From Octopus vulgaris (lineage: Eukaryota), in the NCBI GenBank assembly GCA_951406725.2, contig OX597829.1, positions 45,694,001 to 45,758,000 on the forward strand: a stretch of 64,000 bases of DNA, written 5' to 3'. The notes under the pieces were generated by a model, which ran no database searches, was not told the origin of the DNA, and saw only the letters and a program-made list of their open reading frames with translations. Position 1 is the first letter of the stretch. Each line of letters begins with the position of its first letter. A program made the translations under genes and the position numbers. Positions 39,451 to 52,769 of the stretch are shown here, piece by piece.

Positions 39451-41093
39451 TATCAGTGTGAACACAATGTATCAAGGCTGGACCATGGAAAATGGATGTT
39501 GAGTAATGATGATAATGACGATAAAAGAAGAAAAAAAATCATAGAAGGGATACTCTGCCAAAATATATAACTGATCAATTGCAGTACTATGGCCCCTATG
39601 GTTAACCACCTTTAGGATGGGGTTTGTAAAACATATATTTCTTTATTGCCCACAAGGGGCTAAACACAGACAAATGGATTAAGTCGATTACATCGACCCC
39701 ATTGCGCAACTGGTACTTATTTAATCGACCCTGAAAGGATGAATATCAGTCGACCTTGGTGGAATTTGAACTCAGAACATAGTGGCAGACGAAATACCTA
39801 TTTCTTTATTACCCACAAGGGGCTAAACACAGAGAGGACAAACAAGGACAGACAAACGGATTAAGACGATTATATCAACCCCAGTGCGTAACTAATACTT
39901 AATTTATTAACCCCGAAAGGATGAAAAGCAAAGTCGACCTTGGTGGAATTTGAACTCAGAACATAGTGGCAGACAAAATACCACTAAGCATTTCATCCGG
40001 CATGCAAACAATTCTGCCAGCTTGCTGCCTTAAAACATAGGCTGGTTTGTGCATTATTGTGGGGGTCTATGAATGAGTTTTCAATCAGCTATCTTTAATG
40101 CTTGTAGAATTATCTGTTAAATCACCATTCCAGTTAGAACCAATAATATAATTGCTGGTTTCAAGAAAAGACAATTGGTTGATGTGTTGCTAGGCACATT
40201 AATGTTATCATCACCCTTGTTGTTAGCATTATTGCTGTGTATGTATGTATGTGTATGTGTGTGCTTGGTTGTATGGTTATGAAGTTTGCTTCACAACCAT
40301 GTATGGCATCTTTGGGCAAATGTTTTTTTTTACGAAAGCTTTGAGTTGACCAATGCCTTGTGAGTGGAACAGTAGTTGGAGATTGTGAGGAAGCCCATGT
40401 ATGCATGTGTGTGTGTGTGTGTGTGTGCATTGATTTCATTAACAGGAGTGAAATTCTTTCCATTCTTGAGTAAACAAAAGCCCCAGAGTTTCATTGGCTT
40501 TAATAGTTTTGATGTGTGAGAAACTGTGGAATTAAAGCATAAAAGTTGGTGGCAGGAAGAATATCAGGCCATAGAATATCTGCCTCAGTAAATTTCATCT
40601 AACCCATATCAGCATATATGTATCTTGTATTTTAGGTGTGTGAGGGTACAAGGCTCTGTGGTTAGAGCATTGGGCTCACAGTCATGAGGTAGTGAGTTCA
40701 AATTCCAGACTAGGCTCTGTGTTTTGTTCTTGAGCAAAACACTTTTTTTCACGTTGCTCCAGTTCACTCAGTTGTAGAAAAAAGATACAACATTATTGGT
40801 GCCAAGCCGTATCAGCTTTTGCCTTTCCCTGGGATAACGTTAGTGGCATGGAGAGGGGAAGCCGGTATGCATAGATGACAGCTGGTCTTCCATAAACAAC
40901 CTTGCCTGGACTTGTTCCGTGGAGGGGAACTTTCTAAGTGCAAGCATGGTTATGTGATTAAATAGTTCACTTTGCAACCACATGATTTCAGATGCAGTTC
41001 AACTGTATGATGCTTTGGGTTAGTGTCTTCTACTATAGCTCCAGGGTAACTAATGGCTTGTGAGTAAATTGGTAGACAAAAACTGGGTGGAAT

Positions 41094-41132
<39 letters not shown>

Positions 41133-41144
41133 CTTGTCATATAA

Positions 41145-41175
<31 letters not shown>

Positions 41176-41218
41176 TATATATATCTGAGTTTGTATGATT
41201 ATATATAGAAGAATATAT

Positions 41219-41485
41219 TAATCAATGAAATTCCAACTTAGTCAGATTTTCATGTTTCAGTATTTACAATTTTTACAATTTTACAATATTGAAATAAACT
41301 AGTACTTTCATGTATTATGCAATCATCAGGTTTATGTAGTGACAGTTGTCAATTGTGGAACATGGCTGTCACTGCATAAACCTGATGATTGTGTAATGCA
41401 TGAAAGTACTGGTTTATTTCAATATTGTAAAAAATTGCAAATAATAAAACATGAAAATCAGATTAAGTTGGAATTTCATTGATTA
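41219..41485. mobile_element. Fold-back element (arms of about 125 bp) with a hammerhead motif in each arm
   Basis: taatcaatgaaattccaactta ... taagttggaatttcattgatta. Next to (TA)n on the left and a SINE on the right. Confidence 0.7.
41294..41335 (-). ncRNA. Minimal type-I hammerhead motif, family 3 (mirror copy on + at 41376-41417)
   Basis: ataaac-CTGATGA-ttgcataatacat-GAAA-gtac-TA-gtttat. Six-bp stem I, canonical core, palindromic AGTACT stem III. Confidence 0.65.
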
Positions 41486-41632
41486 GGCTGTGTGGTAAGT
41501 AGCTTGCTTACCAACCACATTGTTCTGGGTTCATTCCCACTGCGTGGCACCTTGGGCAAGTGTCTTCTACTATAGCTTCAGACCAAACAAAGCCTTGTGA
41601 ATGGATTTGGTAGATGGAAACTGAAAGAAGCC

Positions 41633-41696
<64 letters not shown>

Positions 41697-41909
41697 CTGT
41701 GTGTATATGTTTGTGTGTCTGTGTTTGTTCCCTCAACATCACTTGACAACCGATGGTGGTGTGTTTACGTCCCCGGAACTTAGCGGTTCAGCAAAAGAGA
41801 CTGATAGAATAGGTACTAGGCTTCTAAAGAATAAGTCCTGGGGTCGATTTGCTCAACTAAAGGGTGGTGCTCCAGCATGGCCACAGTCAAATGACTGAAA
41901 CAAGTAAAA

Positions 41910-41959
<50 letters not shown>

Positions 41960-43524
41960 TCGTTTAATGTCCGCTTTCCATGCTGGCATGGATTGGATGG
42001 TTTAACTGAGGATTGGCAAGCCTAGAGGCAGCACCAGGCTCCATTCTGATTTGGCAAGGTTTCTATAGCTGGATGCCCTTCCTAATACCCACCACCCCGA
42101 GAGTATAGTGGGTGCTTTCTACATGACACCGGCATGCGAGTCATTCAGAGGGCACCGGCATCGACCACGCTTAAATGGTGCTTTTTTATGTGCTACCGGT
42201 ACAGGTGCTAGTCAGGTGGCACTGGCATCAGCTACACTCAAATGATGCTTCCCAAACTAGACAACCAGTGTTTGTTTGTTTATGTCCCCCTTAATACAGT
42301 GGTTCAGCAAAAGTGACCAATAGAGTAAGTACCACACTTAAAAAATAGCCTTGGGATCGATCTGCTTGACTAAAATCTTCCTAGGCATTACTCCAACATG
42401 GCCACTGAATGACTGAAACAAATAAAAGAACAAAATAAAGAGTTCTCTAATTCTGTAATTAATCTTTAGACCCTTCCCTCTTTAGGTAGCTTTATCCATA
42501 TTTCTGTTTGTTTTGTTTTGTTTTGTTTGATCTTTTATATTACTTCTTTACTGTTTGTTAATTATTAATAGAGAGGCTGGTTTGCCTTTCACACGGTTTC
42601 CTTTCTTTTTTTTTCTTTGTTTGTCTTTCTCTCCTCCTCCTCTTTCACCTGGAAAAGTGCACGAGGTTGAGTAATTGAAAAAAAAAAGAAAAAAAAACAC
42701 CCCACCAGTATGGGGGGGTGGGGAAAAAATAAAGAAAAGCAAGAATGAAAATTGGGAGTAGGGTGAGAATGTAAAAACAAAAATGAATGCTATTACACTT
42801 CGTTACATGGTTCCAATTCAAATGACGACTGTGTACATAATAAATATAATTATGAATGTAATTTGCTTGCATTTGTAATTGCATTATGTTTGCATCAGAA
42901 ATTACCGTTCCATTTATGAAAATTTGAGACAACAGCATTTGAAATTTTTCAGAAAATGAAACCATGTTACAGTACTAAAGCTTTCATTATTGAATACACC
43001 CTACTCTATTTTATTTAACTCATGTAATATAAATATAAAAAAAAGAAAAAAGAAGAAAAAAAAACGTGTGTGTGTTAGTAATGAATAAGTTCATTGTGAC
43101 TAATGAGTTTTTTTTTAAGCTTTCATCATTTACTAACGACTAACAATTTCAAAATAATTTCAGTAGAAACTGATAAGGATCCTTTTAACTGATGGAGTGT
43201 AAAATATTATCAACTACATCAAGCCTGTTCTTTTTTTATATAATGCTCACAACATAATTGTACCTAAATTGCTTGAGATCAATTTCTAATTGAACGAGAG
43301 AAGCAACATTTATATTACTTGTGGAAAATGTTCGTTTTGGCCAGTGTAATTTAATGGAGATATACGTGGCGTATATGAATTCCATTTTGTGGTTTGCTTT
43401 AAACTGAGAATGTCAGATGATAAATCAAAGTTTTGCAGCAATATTGTAAATAAAATATCAAAAATACAATTTAAATAATGAAAGGAAACTAATTTAAATG
43501 AGCACAAATAATTTCAACAACAAC

Positions 43525-43562
<38 letters not shown>

Positions 43563-43969
43563 TGATGATGAGGATAATAACAAAATTAAACACTTTGGTA
43601 CCTTGAAGAGTTAATAGCAACTAGTAGTAAAAAATTATTTTTGGCGCCTTTTAAAATTTACCATTTTATTCAGAGTATCTTCTTCATTCAAAGTAAAAGG
43701 ACAGTTAAAAAAAACAAAACACGCTGGTTAGATATATGCATGGATAGGAAACTTGTTTCCCAGCTACATGGTTTTGGGTTCAGTCCCACTGCATGGCACT
43801 TTGGGCAAGTGTCTTCTGCTATGGTCCTGGGCCAACCAAAACTTTGTGATTGAATTTGGTAGGTGGAACTTAACTGCCATGTGTGTATATGTGTGTGTAG
43901 GTGCTTGTGCCTCTCCGAGAGAGAGAGAGAGGGATATATATAAATACATATATATATATATATATATAT

Positions 43970-44317
43970 CAATAATAAAGGGTGAAATCAATTAATTAAT
44001 TTAGAAATAATCATTAATTTCACCAAGTAGAGTTCGGCATGTAAAAGCCCCATTCAAGGAAGGTTTAAGTAATACTAAGTAATTAAGGGTTTAGCAACGA
44101 ATTGCCTCACCACACACCGAATTTAGAAATAGCAGTCAAAAAGTTTTGGCTATTCTTTCTACTTAAAAGGGAGATCCCAGTAAAACCAAAGCACTTAAAA
44201 AGCAAACGACGCAGGGATCTCCCTTTTAAGTAGAAAGAATAGCCAAAACTTTTTGACTGCTATTTCTAAGTTCGGTGTGTGGTGAGGCAAATCGTTGCTA
44301 AACCCTTAATTACTTAG

Positions 44318-44320
<3 letters not shown>
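43970..44320. mobile_element. Fold-back element in (TA)n, 107-bp arms (44072-44178 / 44214-44320)
   Basis: Directly visible. Related copies at about 14445-14635, 20100-20275 and 60945-61204. Confidence 0.7.
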
Positions 44321-44363
<43 letters not shown>

Positions 44364-46936
44364 CATACATATATATGGTATCTGTACACACATGCATGCA
44401 TGCATAAATACGTACATGATGGGTTTTTTCCAGTTTCCATCTCCCAAATCCACTTTGGATGACCTAGGGCTATAGCAGGAAATGCTTTCCCAAAGTGCCA
44501 CCTTAGAACTGAACCTGGAGCCTCATAATAAGGAAGCAAACTTCTTAACCATATAGCCATGCCTGTGTCTATATATAGTCCATATCTGACCCTTAGTCAC
44601 ATTTAGTGATGATTGAATTTTACCTTTATGATATTATATCGAGCCTGGCTGTTTATATTAATTTTTTCCATATGCTTTAGCATTCCACTAAATCATCCAT
44701 TGATTTCTATGGCAAATACATATATGCTGACACCAGCTGATTGGGTGGCTCTCACTGATGAAATGTATGGAAATATGGCAAACTAGACATTTAGTCAGAT
44801 TCTCGATTTGGTCATGGAGTAGTTCCTTCCTCTATCAGCATATGTGTATACATTTGCACTCTTCCTACAGTGCAAAGAGAGTATATTACTCCTATTTCTA
44901 GCAATGTCGGTGTCTCAGCATTCTTAGTCACATTTAATGATGATTGAATTCTTCCTTTATGGGACACATACGCACACACAAAGTATATTTATATGAATAC
45001 ATATCTTTTACACACAATACATATCACTTTTACACACAATCACACACGCAGGAGTGGCTGTGTGGTAAGTAGCTTGCTAACCAACCACATGGTTCTGGGT
45101 TCAGTCCCACTGCATGGCATCTTGGGCAAGTGTCTTCTGCCATAGCCTCGGGCCGACCAAAGCCTTGTGAGTGGATTTGGTAGACGGAAACTGAAAGAAG
45201 CCCGTCGTATATATGTATATATATATATATGTGTGTGTGTTTGTCCCCCTAGCATTGCTTGACGACCGATGCTGGTGTGTTTACGTCCCCGTCACTTAGC
45301 GGTTCGGCAAAAGAGACCGATAGAATAAGTACTGGGCTTAGAAAGAATAAGTCCCGGGGTCGATTTGCTCGACCAAAGGCGGTGCTCCAGCATGGCCGCA
45401 GTCAAATGACTGAAACAAGTTAAAGAGTATGTATGTGCATATAGACATATGTACATGCATGGGGCACTCAGTCAGTTATGATGATGAGGATTCCAGCTGA
45501 TAGGATCAACGGAACAGCCTGCTCATGAAATCAACGTGCAAGTGGCTGAGTACTCCACAGGCACGTGTACTCTTAGCATAGTTCTCAGGGAGATTCAGTG
45601 TGACACAGAGTGTGATAAAGCTGACCCTTTTGAAATACAGGTACAAATCATTTTTGCCAGCTGAGTGGACTGGAGCAACGTGAAATAACGTGTCTTGCTC
45701 AAGGACACAATGCGTTGCTGGGAATTGAACTCACAACCTTATGATCATGAGCTAAATGCCCTAACCACTTAGCCACATACCTTCCTATGTACATACTCTT
45801 TTACTCTTTTACTTGTTTCAGTCATTTGACTGTGGCCATGCTGGAGCACCACCTTTAATCGAGCAACTCGACTCCGGGACTTATTCTTTGTAAGCCCAGT
45901 ACTTATTCTATCGGTCTCTTTTGCCGAACCGCTAAGTGACGGGGACGTAAACACACCAACATCGGTTGTCAAGCAATGCTAGGGGGACAAACACAGACAC
46001 AAACATACATACACCTATATATATACATATATACGACGGGCTTCTTTCAGTTTCCGTCTACCAAATCCACTCACAAGGCTTTGGTCGGCCCGAGGCTATA
46101 GTAGAAGACACTTGCCCAAGATGCCACGCAGTGGGACTGAACCCGGAACCATGTGGTTGGTAAACAAGCTACTTACCACACAGCCACTCAAAAAAGATAT
46201 ATTTACTTATAAAATGGTAAATCCAAGTAAAACATTGAGGCTCTGTTAATAAAATTAAGTCATTTGCACATTGCTGAAACAGGAAAGCAAGAATTTCCGA
46301 TCATTTTTTATTGCTTAGCTTCTTATATGACACAATACCACACCTGACTACATCAGTTAGGCAGTCCTGAACTGCATGATATCACAAGAATCATACCAAC
46401 TTTATTTACATTTATTCTAAAGAAATTGAGTAGTCTTAAATGTAAGGGAGGCAACTCTAAGCCTTCTTATATCAATCATTTTTATTCTGTGACAGAATCA
46501 TTACAGAATTGGGTTATTGACTTTAAAATTTTTCAACAGGATGCTAAAATGTCAATTCTCTCCCCTGTTAGGGTTTATTTTAACCCTTTTCAGGCACATG
46601 GCGTTTTGGTATGTGTAACCCAAAAGACCAAAAATCTTTTTTTGTATTGAGATACATCTACTGAAAGACGATCTCTGATTGGCTATTACACTTCAAAACT
46701 AACCGTTCACAACAGTTGTTCCATCAGGCCAATGGATCTGTCTCAAAGTCCTTTCAGCTTGGGCCAATCAATTGGCCTGGGTGTCACAAGAGGGCTAAGC
46801 TGTTATAAATAATTTTCGAAATATGTGACAATTTTTTTTGCAATTCATCCTTTTGTTTCCACTTTCCACTATTGATTTAATCTATAAAGAACTGCTTAAA
46901 AAATATGAAATGTAGCTTATATAGATAGGGTATCAT

Positions 46937-46967
<31 letters not shown>

Positions 46968-47075
46968 CACACACACACATTGTTAAATTGTGTCATAAAT
47001 TATATATCATATAATAGTCTAGAATATTGAAAGTGATATAAGATATTTTAACTTATATGGCCTTTTTTCAATTAG

Positions 47076-47096
47076 ATGCTTACGTTGATCCAAGTG
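47076..47096 (+). CDS. Candidate 21-nt symmetric microexon ((D)AYVDPS)
   Basis: ccttttttcaattag|ATGCTTACGTTGATCCAAGTG|gtaagt in unique sequence. Phase 1-1, so it continues the exon C frame without a stop. Confidence 0.4.
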
Positions 47097-47569
47097 GTAA
47101 GTTGTAATTCCGTTTATTTTCACCATGTGTGTATCAACTTAGTTTGCATGAATCGCTTTCAATTTTGTGTCACTTATTATTATTATTATTATTATTACTA
47201 TTATTTCTTCTACGGTTCGAAGTGTGTTCTACGTGCATGTACTGAAGTTCTTTTCTTTTTCTTTTCTTTCATTCTCTTATTTTCTTAGTTAAAATATGAT
47301 GAATGTGCTTTTGTGTCTATGTACGCTGGTTCTGTCTTCAAATTTGTGTATGTGTATCGCTCCATATGTTAAACTCCTCTTCATTTCATTGTCGTATGTA
47401 TCTATGTACATCCGAGGGGGTTGCTGAAAAGTTCCTGGGCTTTATGGTTTCTCAAAAGGCCTGGTTGGAGGGCCCAACCTTCTGAGTTTTTTTACGCTTA
47501 AGAAAAATTGAAGGACCGCTGCAATGAGTGTGTGAAACTGAGAGGGGAATATCTTTATATATATATATA

Positions 47570-47802
47570 TTTCTTTACTGCCCACAAGGGGCTAAACATA
47601 GAGGGGACAAACACAAGGACAGACAAACGGACTAAGTCGATTACATCGACCCCAGTGCGCAACTGGTACTTAATTTATCGACCCCGAAAGGATGAAAGGC
47701 AAAGTGAACCTCGGCGGAATTTGAACTCAGAACGTAACCGCAGACGAGATACGGTTACGCATTTCGCCCAGCGCGCTAACGCTTCTGCCAGTTCGCCGCC
47801 TT
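47570..47802 (-). mobile_element. SINE family B, full length, TSD of about 18 bp
   Basis: A box TGGCAGAAGCG, B box GTTCAAATTCC, central gcctttcatcctttcggggtcgataaattaagtaccag (Nin/Deu-like). TSD aatatctttatatatata at 47548 and 47805. Confidence 0.85.
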
Positions 47803-47808
47803 TTAATA

Positions 47809-48208
47809 TCTTTATATATATAAGTGAGGTTGGGTGCTGTCTGTCTCCTACGATTTAGATTCCTAACTACTCCCACATTTTGCGGTGCAGTTTAACCAAA
47901 ACCGGGTATCTTATAGTCGTGATTCATATCGAGCCCATTCTGGGTATTAGCGCGTGTCTACGATGAGTCTACGATTTAAAAAAATTTACCATCATTTTTT
48001 CCCATTTTAATGCATTTTTTCGCTATTATATAAGGGAAGTAACTCTCTAAAAATGTCTACGATGAGTCAACGATTTAAAAAAATATTTACCATCATTTTT
48101 TTTCCCTTTTTAATGCATTTTTTTGCTATTTTTTGGCTATAACTCTCTAAAAATGCTTATATAGTTATTTCCCTTACAAATCCGAGCAACGCCGGGCGAT
48201 ACTGCTAG
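47809..48208 (+). mobile_element. Non-autonomous Helitron (subfamily 1)
   Basis: TC...ccgagcaacgccggg...CTAG, inserted at A|T within the MITE. Confidence 0.85.
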
Positions 48209-48500
48209 TGTTGAATAAAATCATAATTAGCTGCTCCTCCTGTATTTTCATTTACCCCAAACCAGAATCTTTTCAGCATCTCCTCATATTTGTATGATCA
48301 CCTTCGATATATATATATCTGTCTTTTCCATGCTGGCCTGAATTTCACTGGTCTCACAATGTCTGACTACTTGTTATGGTCATTATCTTCTGGCTTGATG
48401 GCTTCCTATCCCCAGTGTATGTGTCATGTGCCTGCATGTGTGCATGCATGCATGCATGCATGTATGTTTGTGTCTGTGTTTAAAAAAAAAAATTGTTTTT

Positions 48501-49136
48501 GGATATTTTTCTTTTGAACGGCAGATGTCAACACAATTTCTAGTTAACTGAACACTTTTAAACTTCGTATACTGGTAGAATGTGTTTATAAAACATCATT
48601 TTCTCTTGGTTTTATTGAGAAAATTCTATAGTTTGTAAGATATTTCGTCTGAAAATCCAAGCATTTCGGCAATTTTAACCAATCGATTACCTCCATTCAA
48701 CTAAAATCATTTGCTGCGTCTAAAACTGAGACAACATCCTGTAACTAACCCTAACCCTGTCCCTAATCCTAACCCTAAATTTTTTTTTCTTAATTGTTAA
48801 ATTAATTTAATTCCATTGCTTTAGTTTTTTTTACATGTGTAACAATTAAATTAATTTAACAATTAAGAAAAAAAAAATTTAGGGTTAGGGGGGAAGTTTA
48901 GGGTTAGTTACAGGATGTTGTCTCAGTTTTAGATGCAGCAAATGATTTTAGCTCAAAAGAGAGCATAGGATTGGTTAAAATTCGAAAAATTAAACTACGT
49001 TAAACAAACAAATTACAATTTTCTCAAGAAAGCCAAGAGAAAAAAAATGTTTTATTTTGACACATTCTACCAGTATACGAAGTTTTAAAGTGTTTAGTTA
49101 ACTAGAAATTGTCTGCCGTTCAAAAGGAAAAGATCC
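48501..49136. mobile_element. Long-TIR fold-back MITE (possibly Merlin or Mutator type) with telomere-like repeats
   Basis: Termini ggatatttttcttttgaacggcaga / tctgccgttcaaaaggaaaagatcc, arms of about 310 bp. Imperfect 8-bp flanks ttgttttt / ttgctttt. Internal taaccc/gggtta repeats. Confidence 0.75.
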
Positions 49137-52100
49137 TTGCTTTTTTTTAATTAAAAATTATTTTAAAAAATAACTCTAATAAGTCAAATTGATACAGACA
49201 AATTGAAAATACCATTTTTGTTTTTTGTGTAAATTAAGTGCTTTTAGTTCTCTTCAGCTTTGCAAACAGTTTTTTGTGTATGTATGTATGTTTGTGTGTT
49301 TGTGTATACGCACATGCATATCGGCAAAATGAAAACAAACACTTTGGTCATGAAATGGTCTCCCGCTATAATACAATTTACTCATAGAATATAATGTGTA
49401 CAAATATTTACTTTTTTTTTTTTTTTTGTCACAGTTTTAATTCACCATCAATGCTGAAGATTACATCTTTGCACTTGCTATGGAATAAATGCTGCCCTTT
49501 CTCTCCCAGACCTTACTAAATTGTTGTTAAACTTATAATGTTTAAAAGTAGTCTTTTGGTTTTTGGAACATTTAAGTGCAGAGCTTTCAATATGGGTGGC
49601 ACTATGTGGAAAATTTTGTTGAATACTGTCTGGTATAGAAGAGCACAATTGACTATCTGTCCCTTTTTCTTTTCCCCCTTTTTTAAATGTTTATTTATTA
49701 TAGGCACAGGCTTGGCTGTGTAAGTAAGAAGTGTGCTTCCTAACTATATGGTTCTGGGTTCAGTCCCATCGCATGGCACCTTGGGCTGGTGTCTTCTGTT
49801 ATAGCCTTGGTCTGATCAAGGCCTTGTTAATGGAAACTGAAAGAAGCCCAACATATATATATGTGTGTGTGTGTGCATGCATGCACATGCACATTTAGTC
49901 TTTGTGTTTGTCACACACCACTACTTGATAACTGGTGTTAACTTTGTGGTTCAGCAAATGACATCGATAGAATTAGTACCAGTAATTAAATTTTTAAAAA
50001 ATAGGGTTAATTTTTTTTTACCCTTCAAAGTAGTATGTTAGCCTTCACCACAATCCAAGGCAGAAGAGTTCATTCAAGAAGGAGAGTGTCTCTTTCATCC
50101 AAGATTAGTAATCGCGTCAATTGAATTTATTATTGATTGGCCTGGTGCAGCCTTCGGGCTCCCCAGACCCCAGTTGAACCGTCCAATCCATGCTAGCATG
50201 GAAAGCGGACGTTAAATGATGATGATGATGTTGATGATGTAGCCATGTCATTCAGACATCTCATCTCATCCTTCCATACAATATTTATTTGTCTATCTAT
50301 CTATCTTGTCTGTCTGTTTGTCTCCTGCAATTGAATGCTAACATGCTTGCTTTCATACTAAGCAAGAATGTTAACATTCGTCCTTAAGTAATGCCTTATC
50401 GTTTACTTGTAAAATCGATTTCACAAAACGATGTCTTCATTTATTTTCCTTCATTTTCATGTGCAAAATTTTATCTTTTCTCTATGTATGAAGTTTAAAA
50501 TTTGTAAACCCAGCAAATTTAGAAGAGAGAGAATTAAAAAAAAAAAATTGAAATATAACGTTGTTACTTCCCCTGTATTTATTATTCCCCTTTGAACGGT
50601 TTGAGTTTCTATATTTTTGTAAATATATAGAGAATCATCGTTTTGCTTACAAATATACCGACACCATTGAGAGCACTTACAAGTGGACACTCGCCATGCA
50701 AGAAACAACAGCCAAATTTTCATTTCCCTAATATCACACCCTGCTGGCGCAAAACAAAGAAGGATATTTTGGAAAATGTAATCTTAGATATGCCATATCT
50801 GAAAGAAGTATGTGCTGTTCTTTGACTGAAACAGCTACTTTTATCATTGGTCTTGTGGATCGGGAACTAACAGTCGGCTGGAGAAAGTGGTGGTGGTGGG
50901 AATAAACAACGCCAGCCTTCCTATTGCTATCACGACAATTATCACAATAATATTCATCACACAACAACCTTTATCACAGCTAATTTTATACATCATCATC
51001 ATCATTTAACGTCCGTTTTCCGTGCTAGCACGGGTTGGACGGTTCGACTGGGGATCTGGTAAGCCATGGAGGCTGCACCAGGCTCCATTCTGATCTGGCA
51101 GAGTTTCTACAGCTGGATGCCCTTCCTAACGCCAACCACTCCGTGAGTGTAGTGGGTGCTTTTTACGTGCCACCTGCACAGGTGCCAGAGGGGTTCGGCA
51201 TCGGCCAGGATCGGTTGGAGCTTTTAACATGCCACCAGCACGGGAGCCAGCCAAGGCGGCGCTGGCAACGGCCACGTTCGGATGGTGCTTTTTATGTGCC
51301 ACCGGCACAGAAGCCAGTCGAGGCGGCGCTGGCAACATAAATATCCAGGAGTTGACTGGAGACTCTTATAATTACCCTAGCTGCCTAATCTACCATTTTA
51401 AAACCATAAGAAACATATTGGAATTACTATATCCGGCGTGGTGGTTGTAGGGATGAGATAGTGTCCTCGTTGTTGGTGGTGGTGATGGTGGTGTTAGTTA
51501 CAAACTTTGATCAAAATGTTTATTCGACCCATTGAATCCTGGGGCTAATGCACGACTATTTTTTTATCAGCGGTAGAGGTACCAATAAATCGACCTTTAT
51601 CTTCCCTAAACCACTACAGTTACCTTTATATAGTCACGTGATCTACTAGAAATATCAGTGAAATTTCCTTTTTTACAAGATATCTATAGTGCTAGATACA
51701 CTATATGGTGTCATGCAAACGGCATCTGTGCCAGTGGCATGTAAAAGCACCCATTACGCTCTCAGAGTGTTGGTGTTAGTAAGGGCATCCAGCTGTAGAA
51801 ACCTTGCCAAATCAGACTGGAATTTGGTGCAGCCTTCCAGCTAACCAGCCCTAGTGAAACTATCCAATCCATGCCAACACGGACAATGAACATTTGATGA
51901 TGATGTGCATAACTGAGGCAATATTATTAAAGTAAAATAGTCATCTATGTATCATACTTAATGTATATACACCACTAAGAGGAAACAAACTAGTTTTCAT
52001 CTGAGATAAAATTTCTTACAGATAAAATTACTTATAACGATTCTGCCAGATCACAGTTATGTGGGCATGAAAATACTGATGCCTATCCTATGAAGGTGAT

Positions 52101-52184
52101 TCAGATAAACCCATTACCAGCACATGACTAGTTACTACTTTTATTAATGGCCTCCTCCCCTCATAAAAGGTTGATTGGTAAAGT

Positions 52185-52410
52185 AGAGCTGGCAGAAACG
52201 TTAGCACGCCTGGCGAAATGCTTAGCGGTATTTCATCTGCGTTACGTAGTGAGTTCAAATTCTGCCGAGGTCGACTTTGCCTTTCATCCTTTCGGGGTCG
52301 ATAAATTAAGTACCAGTTACGCACTGGGGTCGATGTAATCGACTTAATACCTATGTCTGTCCTTGTTTGTCCGCTCTGTGTTTAGCCCCTTGTGGGTAAT
52401 AAAGAAATAG
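52185..52410 (+). mobile_element. SINE family B copy
   Basis: A and B boxes and the conserved central domain are intact. Confidence 0.85.
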
Positions 52411-52769
52411 GTAAAGTAGACCTTTGTGGGTTTGCAAAGGTAAAGAGAATTAAATTATCTTTTAATGTTTTGGTCAAGTAGTCTTTTTTTTTTTTTTTAA
52501 TAGTTTGAGATTTATATGTAAAATTTAAACATGATGTTTCTAACAAACAGTCCCACTCCTGCACAGCTGCATGTCTCCATGACTCCATCAGCATACATGC
52601 TACGTACATACGCGCACACGTATGCACATGTACATGTGTACACACATACACAGGGTTAGACACACACACACACGCATTATGTACTCTTCTGGTTAATATT
52701 AGGATTTTATAGGAAAATGATTGGATTCTCTAATTAGCAACAAAATGCCAAAGTAAAATATAATATTAT

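Larger units (their letters stand above)
47413..48286. mobile_element. Mariner-type MITE containing a Helitron and a SINE
   Basis: Halves 47413-47551 and 48209-48286 reconstruct the reverse complement of 36797-37013. Confidence 0.8.

Noticed and set aside
44755-44785. CTGATGA...GAAA match
   Set aside because: No stem I, II or III pairing. Such a match is expected by chance.
48747-48910. Interstitial telomere or chromosome fusion site
   Set aside because: Only a few imperfect hexamers, and they are part of the MITE arms.
49436-49495. Possible terminal exon after a strong poly-T acceptor with nearby AATAAA
   Set aside because: Only seven codons before a stop. Such signals are common in AT-rich introns.
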